64,000 nucleotides of DNA, from the NCBI GenBank assembly GCA_964641015.1, contig CAZXJN010000004.1, positions 2,659 through 66,658 on the forward strand. Direction: 5' to 3'. A program made the translations under genes and the position numbers. The stretch comes from an uncultured Candidatus Saccharibacteria bacterium. GTDB taxonomy: Bacteria; Patescibacteriota; Saccharimonadia; Saccharimonadales; JACDBH01. Below are positions 1-9,754 of the stretch, piece after piece. A model generated the notes under the pieces. That model had not been told where the DNA came from. It saw only the letters and a list, made by a program, of their open reading frames with translations, and did no database searches. Position 1 is the stretch's first letter; the number at the start of each line of letters is the position of its first letter.

Positions 1-593
1 TCGCGGGGCTGGATGAGATTCCAGCGGTCACTCGTACCGCAGAAGAGCTCGAACAGCTTGAGATGGCAATGGTAGAGAATATGCAGCGTGTTGATCTGTC
101 GCCACTGGAGCAGGCGGCAACCATTCAGCGCCTTCATGAACTATTCCATATGAGTTACGAAGCAATTGCAAAGCGTCTTAATAAGGCAGAATCAACGGTA
201 CATAATATTGTCAGGCTGCTTCATTTGCCGCCCAGCGCACAAGATGCGCTGCGTGAACGCAAGATAACCGAAGGACACGCTCGCTCTATCTTGGCGCTCA
301 GAGATTATCCCGAGCAACAAGAGCAGCTGCTGCTGCTAATTCAGAAGCACGGCTGGTCGGTGCGTCAAGCAGAGCAATTTGTAGTTGCAGCAAAAACCGG
401 TGAAAAAAATGCCGAAAAGGCTAAGAAGCGTACCGACACCACCACCCCCGGGACTGAACGGCTTAGTACGCTTTTGCAGCGGCCTGTGAGCGTGATGCAT
501 ATGGCAAAAGGCGGCCGGCTTGTCATCAGATTCAAGACAGACGATGATCTAAATGAGCTAGTGGAATTACTGGCTTCGATTAAAGCGTCTTAG
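1..593 (+). CDS. parB: ParB/Spo0J chromosome partitioning protein, 5' end outside window
   Basis: Frame is open from nt 3 (AGLDEIPAV...). HTH segment SYEAIAKRLNKAESTVHNIVRLLHLP and GHARSILAL are present. Track ORF 63..593 is the internal-Met part. Confidence 0.85.
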   Translation, partial: AGLDEIPAVTRTAEELEQLEMAMVENMQRVDLSPLEQAATIQRLHELFHMSYEAIAKRLNKAESTVHNIVRLLHLPPSAQDALRERKITEGHARSILALRDYPEQQEQLLLLIQKHGWSVRQAEQFVVAAKTGEKNAEKAKKRTDTTTPGTERLSTLLQRPVSVMHMAKGGRLVIRFKTDDDLNELVELLASIKAS

Positions 594-1267
594 AATTTAC
601 GAGCGTTTGATAGGGGGAGTATCCTGGCTGAGAGCGTGCCGATAATATCATCTGCTGATACCGCCCCAAAACTGCGTGAATCAAGCGAATTGTTTCGATG
701 ATCGCCGACGAGGAATAGCTCATTTTCGCCCAGGGTGATGTCTGCATTGCCGACAGTTTCGCCCGTGATCGTGTGCCGGATGCCTAATGTTTGATCGGGG
801 TCAAAACCATTAGGGAATTCGTCATTGAATACCGTGATAGCTCCATTTTCTACTACCACCCGCTCGCCAGGCATGCCAATGATGCGTTTTATAAGCTGTT
901 TTTCGCGGTCGCTGCCAAAATCGTACATTCCCTTTTTCACAAACACCACCACGGTGCCGCGAGAGGGTATGTACGGTTCGTCGGTAATCCGAGCCCACGT
1001 ACGCCCTACTTTCCATACGATAAGCCGGTCATGCGTCTGCAGAGTAGGCTCCATGCTTGGGCCATCTACTTCGTACGACTGAAATACAAAAGCGGTGATA
1101 GAGAGCGCGAGTATGGGCGCAAGCAGCAAAATTAATACAGTGGTAAGTATGCTCTTTATGCCTTCGCGCCGTTGTTTGTTTTTGTGCGGCGAGGAGGGCG
1201 GAATGACTGGCGAAGAAGCGGCCCCCGGTAGTGGCGGCGGGCTAGTGTTTGGACGTTCGTTTTGCAT
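590..1267 (-). CDS. lepB: Signal peptidase I
   Basis: N-terminal TM segment. Catalytic-Ser box GPSMEPTL, KRIIGMPGE and GDHRNNSLDSR boxes. Confidence 0.85.
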   Translation of the reverse strand: MQNERPNTSPPPLPGAASSPVIPPSSPHKNKQRREGIKSILTTVLILLLAPILALSITAFVFQSYEVDGPSMEPTLQTHDRLIVWKVGRTWARITDEPYIPSRGTVVVFVKKGMYDFGSDREKQLIKRIIGMPGERVVVENGAITVFNDEFPNGFDPDQTLGIRHTITGETVGNADITLGENELFLVGDHRNNSLDSRSFGAVSADDIIGTLSARILPLSNARKF

Positions 1268-1457
1268 AATTCAGTTTCTCACTATAGCGTAAATCACCTG
1301 ATAAAGATAGGATTTAGTGGCTGCAGGTCAAGCCTCAGGTCATTCTAAGCTACCGTTTGCTACGATTCGTTTCTACACTAAAAGGCTGTGAAAATATCCC
1401 AGGCCGTAACGGTTTACGTGACTGGGTATTCCGGCTATACTAATCTAAGTCAAATCT

Positions 1458-3221
1458 ATGAATAACAAGCGGTATCAAAAACACAGACCGAATACATCAA
1501 TAGACGGTTTTGTCAGAGGCAGCGCCTCGCCAAGCGGCTCGTCGAAAGACGGGCTACAAAGGTTTAACCGCTACCACCGCCCAAAAATGACCGGAGGGTC
1601 GTCGGCAGAGGTTCGCAGAGTCGATGCCTTTAACAAGAGTCTTGACGGGTTCGTGTCCACTAGTCCGTCGGTCATCGCACCTCATTCAGAGCGTCCGAAA
1701 ACAGCTGACATAATGAAGCCTTTTGCAAAGAAGCAGGGTGAAGAGCGGGCAGAGTTTGGAGGTGCACGTGCCACACAGCCGCAGCAGCCTCGGCCTGCCG
1801 CAAAACCAAGCCCGCGCAAAGAAAAAAGTTCGTTTTTTTCTAGGTTTCGCCGCAAAAATTCAGGCCGCCGGGGCAAGCGATCACGCCTCAAGCTAAAAAT
1901 TGCAGCTGCAGCTTGCTCTATCGTGCTGCTTGCCGGTGGTGGCCTGGCACTCCGGGCATACCTGTTGAGCCGCAATATATTCAAAGGAGGCGGCAATTCC
2001 GCGCTGCTGCACAATCAAGATGTTGACCCCTCACAGCTCAGAGGCGAGGGTGATGGACGTATCAACATATTGATTCTTGGCAAAGGCGGCCCAGAGCAAC
2101 AGAGCGGTCCGGATCTGACCGATACAATTATTGTCGCAAGCATCGATCCGCTGGCAAAAGAGGCTGCGCTGCTGAGTATTCCCCGGGATCTGTGGGTCAA
2201 GTCATCCGCGGGCGGCCAGTCAAAAATTAACCAAGTGTACCATGATGCCAAGCAGTCGCAGCTCAATGATTATGCCTATCGCGATCGAGACTCAGATGAG
2301 GCTAAGCAAAAGTCAGAGCAGGCAGGGGTTGATGGCCTCAAGCAGGTGGTTAGCGATGCAATCGGAGTGCCGATCCACTACTACGGGATGATTGATTTTG
2401 CAGGATTTCGTAAGGCAATCGACACCGTGGGGGGAATCGATATTAATGTTACAGAGGAGATGGTAGCTTACGAAACAATGCGGCTGAGCACCGGCCGGTA
2501 TGTGTTGAATGTCAAAGAGGGCAGGGAGCATTTTGACGGCATGCGCGCTCTGGCATTTGCGAGGTCGCGCAACACTGCGCGCAGTGATTTTGCCCGCGCT
2601 GATCGGCAGCGAGCCGTGATACTGGCACTCAAGGACAAGGTGCTTAGCACTGGTACACTTGCCAATCCTCTGCGGATCAACCAACTGATGAGCGATTTTA
2701 GCGGCCAGCTGTCGACTGATTTTAGTGCGAATGAAATGCTGCGGTTATATGATCTTGCCAAAGAAATCTCCGGCGACAAGGTTGTGTCGGTGGGCCTTGA
2801 CGATTATGTGACAGGCGACTGGATAAACAACCTCTCGGTGCAAAAGCCGAAAAAGGGACTGTTTGACTATTCAGAAATCCAAAACTACGTCCGTAACATT
2901 ATGCGTGATTCATTCCTCAAAAAGGAGGATGCCCGAATCGTTATTCTTAATGGCACAAGCGTGCCAGGACTAGCTACTAAGAAGAGCGAAGAGCTCAAAT
3001 CATTTGGCTACCATGTCGTGTCTGTGGGTGACGCCCCGACAGACACCTATGCAAACACGGTGCTTGTCGATCTGCGCTCCGGGGTCAACAAGTATACGCT
3101 CAGCTATCTGCAAAAACGACTAAGGGTCCAAGCGGTATCAGCCGTACCGGATGCGACGATTGATGTTTCGGAAGCGGATTTTGTTATTATTCTTGGCGCA
3201 AGTGAAAACGAACAGCAATAA
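1458..3221 (+). CDS. LytR-CpsA-Psr (LCP) family envelope phosphotransferase with LytR_C-like C-terminal domain
   Basis: Basic disordered N-terminus plus a TM segment. LCP core INILILGKGG...DTIIVASIDP...LLSIPRDLWV. C-terminal IVILNGTSVPGLATKKSEELKSFGYHVVSVGDA. Confidence 0.8.
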   Translation: MNNKRYQKHRPNTSIDGFVRGSASPSGSSKDGLQRFNRYHRPKMTGGSSAEVRRVDAFNKSLDGFVSTSPSVIAPHSERPKTADIMKPFAKKQGEERAEFGGARATQPQQPRPAAKPSPRKEKSSFFSRFRRKNSGRRGKRSRLKLKIAAAACSIVLLAGGGLALRAYLLSRNIFKGGGNSALLHNQDVDPSQLRGEGDGRINILILGKGGPEQQSGPDLTDTIIVASIDPLAKEAALLSIPRDLWVKSSAGGQSKINQVYHDAKQSQLNDYAYRDRDSDEAKQKSEQAGVDGLKQVVSDAIGVPIHYYGMIDFAGFRKAIDTVGGIDINVTEEMVAYETMRLSTGRYVLNVKEGREHFDGMRALAFARSRNTARSDFARADRQRAVILALKDKVLSTGTLANPLRINQLMSDFSGQLSTDFSANEMLRLYDLAKEISGDKVVSVGLDDYVTGDWINNLSVQKPKKGLFDYSEIQNYVRNIMRDSFLKKEDARIVILNGTSVPGLATKKSEELKSFGYHVVSVGDAPTDTYANTVLVDLRSGVNKYTLSYLQKRLRVQAVSAVPDATIDVSEADFVIILGASENEQQ

Positions 3222-3281
3222 CATGAGCATACGGCGCGGGCTAGCTGATACTGGCGCGAAGCTATATAATAGAGTCCAGCA

Positions 3282-4031
3282 ATGAGACGAGCTGTAGCAA
3301 AAATTAAACCCGCAAGCGGGTTCAGCAAGGTGATTCACTGGTTATTGGTAATCATTCTGCCAGTGCTGGCTGCTATATTTGTACGTTGGGATATCCTGCC
3401 GCTTGCTTATGGAGTGGTGGTGCTTAGCAAGTGGCGAATGTTTGCGGTTCGACCCCGGCATTGGCCAGCTAACATTAGGGCGAATGCGATTGATATTATC
3501 GCGGGGTTGTCGTTTGTGGTGTTTATGGCACAGGCGCCAACAGGGGCTTGGCAGCTGGTATGGTTCTTTGCGTACGAGGCATGGCTGCTTATTATCAAGC
3601 CACGCTCTAAGATATTCTGGACCTCTGTGCAAGCTGCATTGAGTCAGTTTATGGGCCTTACGGCAGTCTATATGTTGTGGGGGCGCTCATCGCTGTTGCT
3701 ACTAGTATTTGTCACCTGGATTATTACCTATCTGTCCGCACGGCATTTTTTCAGCAGCTTTGATGAGCCGCTGAGTTCTATGCTGTCTCATATCTGGGGA
3801 TATTTTGCCGCGGCTCTTACCTGGGTGCTGGGGCACTGGCTGCTGTACTATGGCTTTCTTGCTCAGCCGGTACTGCTGTTGTCAGTACTCTCCTACGGGT
3901 TAGCCGCCCTGTATTATCTGGAGAATTTTGACAAACTATCTACGCTGGTAAAACGTCAGATATTATTGATTATGAGCGCGGTGATCATCGTGGTTGTGCT
4001 TTTTTCGAGCTGGGGTGATAAGACAATCTAA
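3282..4031 (+). CDS. Polytopic membrane protein, function unknown
   Basis: 249-aa ORF with several hydrophobic helices (W/L/F-rich). No catalytic motif recognised. Confidence 0.55.
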   Translation: MRRAVAKIKPASGFSKVIHWLLVIILPVLAAIFVRWDILPLAYGVVVLSKWRMFAVRPRHWPANIRANAIDIIAGLSFVVFMAQAPTGAWQLVWFFAYEAWLLIIKPRSKIFWTSVQAALSQFMGLTAVYMLWGRSSLLLLVFVTWIITYLSARHFFSSFDEPLSSMLSHIWGYFAAALTWVLGHWLLYYGFLAQPVLLLSVLSYGLAALYYLENFDKLSTLVKRQILLIMSAVIIVVVLFSSWGDKTI

Positions 4032-4093
4032 ACCATAAGTTATTTCTCAGCGACCGCTTCTTATAATGGAGAAAACGAAGGAGTATTATAATA

Positions 4094-5302
4094 ATGAATC
4101 CAGAGAGAGCACCGTTGCCACAGAGCGAAAAAACCTTGCGGCCTGTGGAGCCAAAGTCTAGTCACACAAGAAAAACCGGTATAGCACAGACAGCGCTGCT
4201 GGTGCTGGTGGCTGCCACAGCTGGATTTGGCGGCGGCTGGGCTGGCCGAAATGCAGACCCCGTGTCTACGCAGTCACTCTCGAACGAGACTCGCCAGCAA
4301 ATAGTCTCGAGCGAAGGTCAGATCATCAGTGAGATTGCAGAGCAGGTGGGCCCTAGCGTGGTGTCTATCAGCGTGATTACCACTACTACTTTCCAAGGGT
4401 TTTTCGGCTTGCAGCAATCCGAGCGCCAGGGTGCGGGCACCGGGGTGATTATATCGGATGACGGAGTGGTGATTACCAATCGGCACGTGGTGCCTCAGGG
4501 TGTCAGCAGCGTGTCAGTTACTCTCTCAGACGGTACAATCTTGGATGATGTTGAGGTGATTGGCCGGACTGCTTCGAGCGATCCGCTTGATATTGCATTT
4601 TTGAAGATAAACGACACCAAGGGCAAGAAGCTGACCGTAGCCAAGATCGGCGACTCTGCCAGCTCGCAGGTAGGCGACAGAGTAATTGCAATCGGTAATG
4701 CGCTTGGGCAGTTTCAAAACACGGTGACAAGCGGTATTCTGTCCGGCTATGGCCGCGACGTGCAGGCCCGTGATGGAGGAACGGTAGAGAGTTTACAAAA
4801 CCTCTTTCAGACAGATGCAGCGATTAATCCAGGTAATTCGGGCGGGCCGCTGATGAATCTGAATGGCGAGGTTATTGGTATCAACGTGGCCGTTGCAGAT
4901 GCGCAAAATATCGGTTTTGCGATACCTATTAATGACGTAAAAGGTCTGATTGCCAGCGTGCAAAAGAACGGCAAGCTCGAGCGGCCATACCTAGGCGTGC
5001 GGTACATCTCGCTGACAGATGATGCCGCCTACTACTACAATCTTGACACCAATCGCGGTGCTTATATTGCTCCGAACCAAAGCGGTCAGCCATCTATTGT
5101 AAAAGACAGTCCTGCTGACAAAGCCGGACTCAAAGAAAAGGACATCATCATCGCCATAAATGATGCCAAAATTGACGAAAAGAACAGTTTGGTATCGGTC
5201 CTTGGCAGGTTTAGTGTGGGTGATACCGTAAACCTCAAAATCATTAGAGACGGACGTGAACAAACCATAAGCCTTAAACTCGAGGCAGCGCCCCAGGACT
5301 AA
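4094..5302 (+). CDS. htrA: HtrA/DegP-family serine protease with PDZ domain
   Basis: Triad contexts ITNRHVV, DIAFLKI and NPGNSGGPL. C-terminal PDZ-like SPADKAGLKEKDIIIAINDAKI. SD GAAGGAG lies upstream. Confidence 0.85.
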   Translation: MNPERAPLPQSEKTLRPVEPKSSHTRKTGIAQTALLVLVAATAGFGGGWAGRNADPVSTQSLSNETRQQIVSSEGQIISEIAEQVGPSVVSISVITTTTFQGFFGLQQSERQGAGTGVIISDDGVVITNRHVVPQGVSSVSVTLSDGTILDDVEVIGRTASSDPLDIAFLKINDTKGKKLTVAKIGDSASSQVGDRVIAIGNALGQFQNTVTSGILSGYGRDVQARDGGTVESLQNLFQTDAAINPGNSGGPLMNLNGEVIGINVAVADAQNIGFAIPINDVKGLIASVQKNGKLERPYLGVRYISLTDDAAYYYNLDTNRGAYIAPNQSGQPSIVKDSPADKAGLKEKDIIIAINDAKIDEKNSLVSVLGRFSVGDTVNLKIIRDGREQTISLKLEAAPQD

Positions 5303-5369
5303 CCCCACAAGCAAAAAGCGCCTCATGGTCTTGCAGGCCACTAAATAAGAGGCTCTTAGCAGCGGCGGG

Positions 5370-6203
5370 CTATGATTTTACGAACGCCTGGATAAAATCA
5401 TCAGTAATCACCAGGCTGTAGCCGGCAGCTCCAGCAATTTCAGCGAGCGCCTGATGCTGAAACGGCAGAGATTCAGTCAGGATATTCGGGATTTGATATT
5501 TGCTGCCCGTTATTTGAGCGAACATCTGGCGGTATAAATCCAGGCCGTCCGTGCCGCCGAAAATTGCGATCTCTGGCTCATGCATGGCTGCCTCATTGAT
5601 AGTAAGTCTGTCGGGTACGTAGGGCAGGTTCGCTACGATAGCGACGGGATGAGAGATTGGGGGTTTGAGATAGAGGAGGGGTTCGAGCAGGTTTCCTTTA
5701 TAGAATGCAATTTCTGCGTGGAGGTTTTTGGCGTTTTGCCTGGCAATCTTTAGTGCGTCTGCATTAATTTCTGTGGCGTACACAGCCAGCTCTGGCAGTT
5801 CGAGCTTGGCGGTTATCGCAATGGCGCCCGAGCCAGTACCTATATCCACAATGCTCTTTGGTTGCCATTCTTTACTCCTAACTTGATCGAGCAGCAACTC
5901 GACCATAGTTTCGGTTTCAGGACGGGGCTGCAGAGTAGCAGGCGTAATACTAAACTCACGTCCATAAAATTCACTCCTGCCTCTGATGTATGCCAACGGC
6001 TCGTGAGCGGTTCGTCGCTCTATCTGAGCTTTTAACTTTTTGACAGTCTGGTTTTCTAATGTGCTTTCGGGGTGGGCGAGCAGCCAGGCACGGTCTCTGC
6101 CTGCAGCATCCTCGAGCAAAACAAGCGCGTCCAGCCGCGCCGAGGCTATGCCAGCATTCTTAAACTGCCTGGTGGTTTGATCAATCCATTCCTGCACATT
6201 CAT
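5370..6203 (-). CDS. prmC: Release-factor glutamine N5-methyltransferase
   Basis: SAM motif DIGTGSGAIAI and motif IV VANLPYVP. It lies next to prfA. Start moved to Met-20 (MNVQEW) because the longer ORF would run through the divergent promoter at 6240-6268. Confidence 0.8.
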   Translation of the reverse strand: MNVQEWIDQTTRQFKNAGIASARLDALVLLEDAAGRDRAWLLAHPESTLENQTVKKLKAQIERRTAHEPLAYIRGRSEFYGREFSITPATLQPRPETETMVELLLDQVRSKEWQPKSIVDIGTGSGAIAITAKLELPELAVYATEINADALKIARQNAKNLHAEIAFYKGNLLEPLLYLKPPISHPVAIVANLPYVPDRLTINEAAMHEPEIAIFGGTDGLDLYRQMFAQITGSKYQIPNILTESLPFQHQALAEIAGAAGYSLVITDDFIQAFVKS

Positions 6204-6239
6204 TACCGAGGTAGTATAGCAGTGATTTATAAAATATCG

Positions 6240-6268
6240 TTGACAAAATAGCATAAGCATGATAATAT
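6240..6268 (+). promoter_or_regulatory. Consensus sigma70-type promoter with extended -10
   Basis: TTGACA (6240-6245), 17-nt spacer, TGaTAATAT (-10 at 6263-6268). Confidence 0.6.
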
Positions 6269-6313
6269 TCTAAACCAAGACTGACAAACAAAAACAAAAA
6301 GGAGAAACAAGAT

Positions 6314-6592
6314 ATGTCAGAAAGAATAGATTTGCCAGCGGGCGGTACGGTAAGTGCCGACGAGGAAGCAATACACTTTACAGACAGCCAAGGCCGCATC
6401 GGCGAAATTACCGAATACGGCGTAGTAATGGAAAATGCCCGTGATGAGGCAGCAGAGCTAGGTGAAATTGACGGCGAATATCCAGAGCCGCCGATTAGAA
6501 ACGCAGCCTATAATCCTAGCAGGGATGACTATAGTAGAAAGGCTGCCGATGTATACGGCAGCAGGGGTCAAGTTCCTAAAGCCAAGAAATAA
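6314..6592 (+). CDS. Small acidic hypothetical protein (92 aa)
   Basis: Consensus promoter at 6240-6268 and strong SD AAAAGGAGAA 6 nt upstream of the ATG. No recognisable domain. Confidence 0.55.
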   Translation: MSERIDLPAGGTVSADEEAIHFTDSQGRIGEITEYGVVMENARDEAAELGEIDGEYPEPPIRNAAYNPSRDDYSRKAADVYGSRGQVPKAKK

Positions 6593-6601
6593 CCAGGGAG
6601 G

Positions 6602-7657
6602 CTACGAGTCTTGGCTGAGTAGTTCGTGCTCGGCTCCTCGGAGGGCCTCGATGATGTCAGCAATATCGCCGGCAAGTGCAGCCGGGATATTGCTGCGGCT
6701 GTAGCCAATGCGGTGGTCGGTGATTCTGTCCTGCGGGAAATTGTAGGTGCGGATTTTTTCACTGCGATCGCCAGAGCCGATCAGGCTTTTTCGCTGGGCA
6801 GAAAGCTTGGCATTTTCTTCGTCGATTTGACGCTGCAACAAGCGGGCGCGTAGTACACCCATGGCTTTGAGGCGGTTCTTTATTTGTGATTTTTCGTCTT
6901 GGTTGGTCACGACGATACCGGTAGGGATATGCGTGATGCGTACCGCTGAATCGGTAGTGTTGACCGATTGGCCGCCATGACCGCTGGCACGATAAAAATC
7001 AACCCGCAGGTCGGATTCTTTTACTTCTACATCTGTGTCTTCGGCTTCGGGCATCACTGCGACAGTTACGGTGCTGGTATGGATGCGTCCTTGGCTCTCG
7101 GTGGCAGGGACGCGCTGCACCCGATGTACGCCGCCCTCGAACTTTAGTTGCCCGTAGGCGCCGCTGCCTTTTATTTTGAAGCTGATTTCTTTGAATCCGC
7201 CGGCCTCCGAGGGGCTTTCATCCAGGAGCTCGAGCTTGAACCCGGTATTTTCACAGTAGCGTGCATACATGCGGTAGAGCTCTGCGGCAAACAGGCTTGA
7301 TTCATCGCCGCCAGCTGCGGCACGGATCTCCATAATGGCGTTTCTTTCGTCGTTAGGGTCACGTGGTGTGAGCGCTTCGGCTAGCTGGGATTTGATGCGG
7401 GATAGTTGCGGCTCCAGCTCGGCGAGTTCGGCGCGGGCGAGCTCGGCTATTTCGTCATTGCCGGCGGCGAGCTGTTCGGCTTCGGCCTGCTGTTTTTCCA
7501 GTTTCTCAGCCTGATCGAATAAATCTATAAGCTCTGTTAGCTCGCTCTGGCGCTTGGCGAGGGCAGGGTATTCGGGCGTGCTGAAGATACTTGAATCCTG
7601 CAGCTTGGTCTCTAATTCACGGAGCTCAGCGCGGTAGGTGTGTGATTTTTCTTGCAT
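6602..7657 (-). CDS. prfA: Peptide chain release factor 1
   Basis: PAT tripeptide ([12 protein letters not shown]) and GGQ motif ([23 protein letters not shown]). Confidence 0.95.
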   Translation of the reverse strand: MQEKSHTYRAELRELETKLQDSSIFSTPEYPALAKRQSELTELIDLFDQAEKLEKQQAEAEQLAAGNDEIAELARAELAELEPQLSRIKSQLAEALTPRDPNDERNAIMEIRAAAGGDESSLFAAELYRMYARYCENTGFKLELLDESPSEAGGFKEISFKIKGSGAYGQLKFEGGVHRVQRVPATESQGRIHTSTVTVAVMPEAEDTDVEVKESDLRVDFYRASGHGGQSVNTTDSAVRITHIPTGIVVTNQDEKSQIKNRLKAMGVLRARLLQRQIDEENAKLSAQRKSLIGSGDRSEKIRTYNFPQDRITDHRIGYSRSNIPAALAGDIADIIEALRGAEHELLSQDS

Positions 7658-7670
7658 ATCTTTCTAGTAG

Positions 7671-7709
7671 TATAAAGAAAAAGACACTCCGTTTGTAGGG
7701 GAGTGTCTT
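7671..7709 (-). terminator. Rho-independent terminator after rpmE
   Basis: AAGACACTCC (7681-7690) pairs with GGAGTGTCTT (7700-7709). On the minus strand the stem is followed by TTTCTTTATA. Confidence 0.7.
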
Positions 7710-7724
7710 AATTAGCAGGAGCAG

Positions 7725-8054
7725 CTAACGGCTGCCGAGCTTCTGAACGGCTTCTTTTTTGTCTGATTTACGAGGCTTCTTCGCAACACGAGCTTCGCGG
7801 GCTTTCTTTGCAGCCTCTGCACGAGCCTTGAACTTATCAACGCGGCCCTCGATATCAACAATTCGCTCTTCGCCGGTGAAGAATGGGTGTGAGCTGCTAG
7901 AGATGTGTACTTTTACAAGCGGGTACTCATTGCCGTCTTCCCATTTGATGGTTTCTTCTGATGCGACGGTAGAGCGTGTCAGAATGCGAGTGCCATTGTT
8001 GAGGTCCTCGAATACGACAAGCCGGTAATCTTTGTGATGGAGATCTTTTTTCAT
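7725..8054 (-). CDS. rpmE: Ribosomal protein L31, Cys-less (type B-like) with Lys-rich C-terminal tail
   Basis: HPFFTGE motif and no CxxC pairs. Extra tail [28 protein letters not shown]. Confidence 0.85.
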   Translation of the reverse strand: MKKDLHHKDYRLVVFEDLNNGTRILTRSTVASEETIKWEDGNEYPLVKVHISSSSHPFFTGEERIVDIEGRVDKFKARAEAAKKAREARVAKKPRKSDKKEAVQKLGSR

Positions 8055-8254
8055 AATTATTCCGTTTAGTGATAATTATCTGCCAAACCCAAGAAAGATA
8101 TGTCATATAAAAAATAGAATCTTTCGCGGCGAGAGGCTATATAACTTGAGCAATTATACACTTCTGGAGGCTTTTGGTCAATTCCTGGATTTTTGTTGCA
8201 GGCGCTGCTACATAAGCGCTATACTCATTACAAAGTAACGATGTTCAGGCAAGG

Positions 8255-8674
8255 TTGGGCAAAGAAGCAGTCGAAGCAAGATTCGAAACAGAACTCCAAG
8301 ACACTCAGGTGGTGGCTGACAAGAATAAGACAGAACAGATTATTCGGAGTTTTGTCAGTAATGCATTTAAGTTTACCGAGGAAGGTTCGGTGACGTTGAG
8401 ACTAGAGCGGGATAATGACTATTTTGTCGTTCGCATTACTGATACAGGCAAAGGGATAGAGGACGATAACAAAAGCTTGTTGTTTAGGAAGTTTCAGCAG
8501 GCGGGATCAAGTTTGCTTTCTCGTGATGGAGAGGGGACGGGACTGGGGTTATACGCGGTCAAGCTGATTGCAAAGATAATGAATGCTAAAGTGGGCTTGG
8601 AGCATACAGAGGTAGGCAAGGGCAGTACATTTTATTTCAAGCTGCCCGCTGTTTCGCGCGATAAGCAGGCATAG
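8255..8674 (+). CDS. Orphan histidine-kinase catalytic (HATPase_c) domain; no DHp/H-box or sensor (possible gene remnant)
   Basis: N-box SNAFKFT, G1 ITDTGKGI and G2 GEGTGLGLYAVK. TTG start only. 200 nt of non-coding DNA lie upstream where a HisKA domain would be. Confidence 0.6.
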   Translation: MGKEAVEARFETELQDTQVVADKNKTEQIIRSFVSNAFKFTEEGSVTLRLERDNDYFVVRITDTGKGIEDDNKSLLFRKFQQAGSSLLSRDGEGTGLGLYAVKLIAKIMNAKVGLEHTEVGKGSTFYFKLPAVSRDKQA

Positions 8675-8818
8675 CACTCATCTCCTATTGCTCCCAAGGC
8701 TGCTATCTGGTAAAATAGGTAAACAATTAAGTAAGCAGGGCGGAGCAGAATCCTCTTTGTTATATCCGTGTAGGACTAACAAAGCTAGCACCGTACCGAA
8801 GAGAAAGGATTTCACGAA

Positions 8819-9625
8819 ATGGCTACAACTGTAGACATTAAGGCGCTTTTGTCGGCCGGCGCCCACTTTGGCCACAAAACTTCACGTTGGCACCCCGCAA
8901 TGGCGCCATATATTCATAGCAAGCGTGGCGGCAGTCACATTATTGATCTGACAAAAACTGTCGAGAAGCTTGAAGAGGCACTGAGTTTTCTCACCCAAAA
9001 CGCGAGTGCCGGCAAGCAGGTGCTGTTCGTAGGTACCAAGCGCCAGGCGCAGGCAGTAGCAAAGCAGCTGGCTACTGATACAAACATGCCCTATGTGACC
9101 GAGCGATGGGCGGGTGGTATGCTGACCAACCAAAATACTATTGGTGGACGTATCAAGCACCTCAAAGACCTCGAGGCCAAGATGGAGTCAGGCGAGTTGG
9201 CCAAAAAGTACAACAAGCTCGAAGTTCAGCGCTTTCAGGAAGAAATCGAAGCTATGAACGTACTGTATGGCGGCATCAAAGACATGCACGCCCGTCCAGG
9301 TGCAGTTTTTGTATTTGATCCAACCCACGATAAAAACGCGGTTGCTGAAGCCAAGAAGCTCGGTCTGCCCATTGTCGCGATTTGCGATACAAATGCAGAC
9401 CCAAGCGATATTACCTATCCTATTCCAAGCAACGACGACGCGATCAAGACACTGCAGCTGATTGCGGATTACGTTAAGTCAGCAATCGAAGCCGGCAAAG
9501 GTTTATCCGCAAAAACTTCTAACAAAGAAGTTTCGGTGGATAAATCAGCCAAAGCCGCCGACCACGATAAGAATTCTACGAATTCTGACGAGGCAAGTAA
9601 GACTGAAAAAACCGAAGAGAAATAA
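8819..9625 (+). CDS. rpsB: Ribosomal protein S2
   Basis: LLSAGAHFGHKTSRWHP and ICDTNADPS. Acidic/Lys-rich C-terminal tail. Confidence 0.95.
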   Translation: MATTVDIKALLSAGAHFGHKTSRWHPAMAPYIHSKRGGSHIIDLTKTVEKLEEALSFLTQNASAGKQVLFVGTKRQAQAVAKQLATDTNMPYVTERWAGGMLTNQNTIGGRIKHLKDLEAKMESGELAKKYNKLEVQRFQEEIEAMNVLYGGIKDMHARPGAVFVFDPTHDKNAVAEAKKLGLPIVAICDTNADPSDITYPIPSNDDAIKTLQLIADYVKSAIEAGKGLSAKTSNKEVSVDKSAKAADHDKNSTNSDEASKTEKTEEK

Positions 9626-9658
9626 TTAACAATTAGCGAATGGCGAAGAGCAATGCGT

Positions 9659-9695
9659 TAGCAATTGGCAAATCGCAATGTAGCCGCAATTGCTA
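9659..9695 (+). other. 9-bp stem-loop in the rpsB-tsf spacer
   Basis: TAGCAATTG (9659-9667) pairs with CAATTGCTA (9687-9695) around a 19-nt loop. No T-run follows. Confidence 0.3.
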
Positions 9696-9754
9696 CTTGC
9701 GCTTCGTTAATGCATCGCTTATCGCTACTAGCTATTTGCAAATGGAGAACGGAA

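Noticed and set aside
791-1292. Cluster of plus-strand ORFs (114, 85 and 65 aa) opposite lepB
   Set aside because: All are antisense to the signal peptidase gene, which carries the catalytic boxes. These are shadow ORFs.
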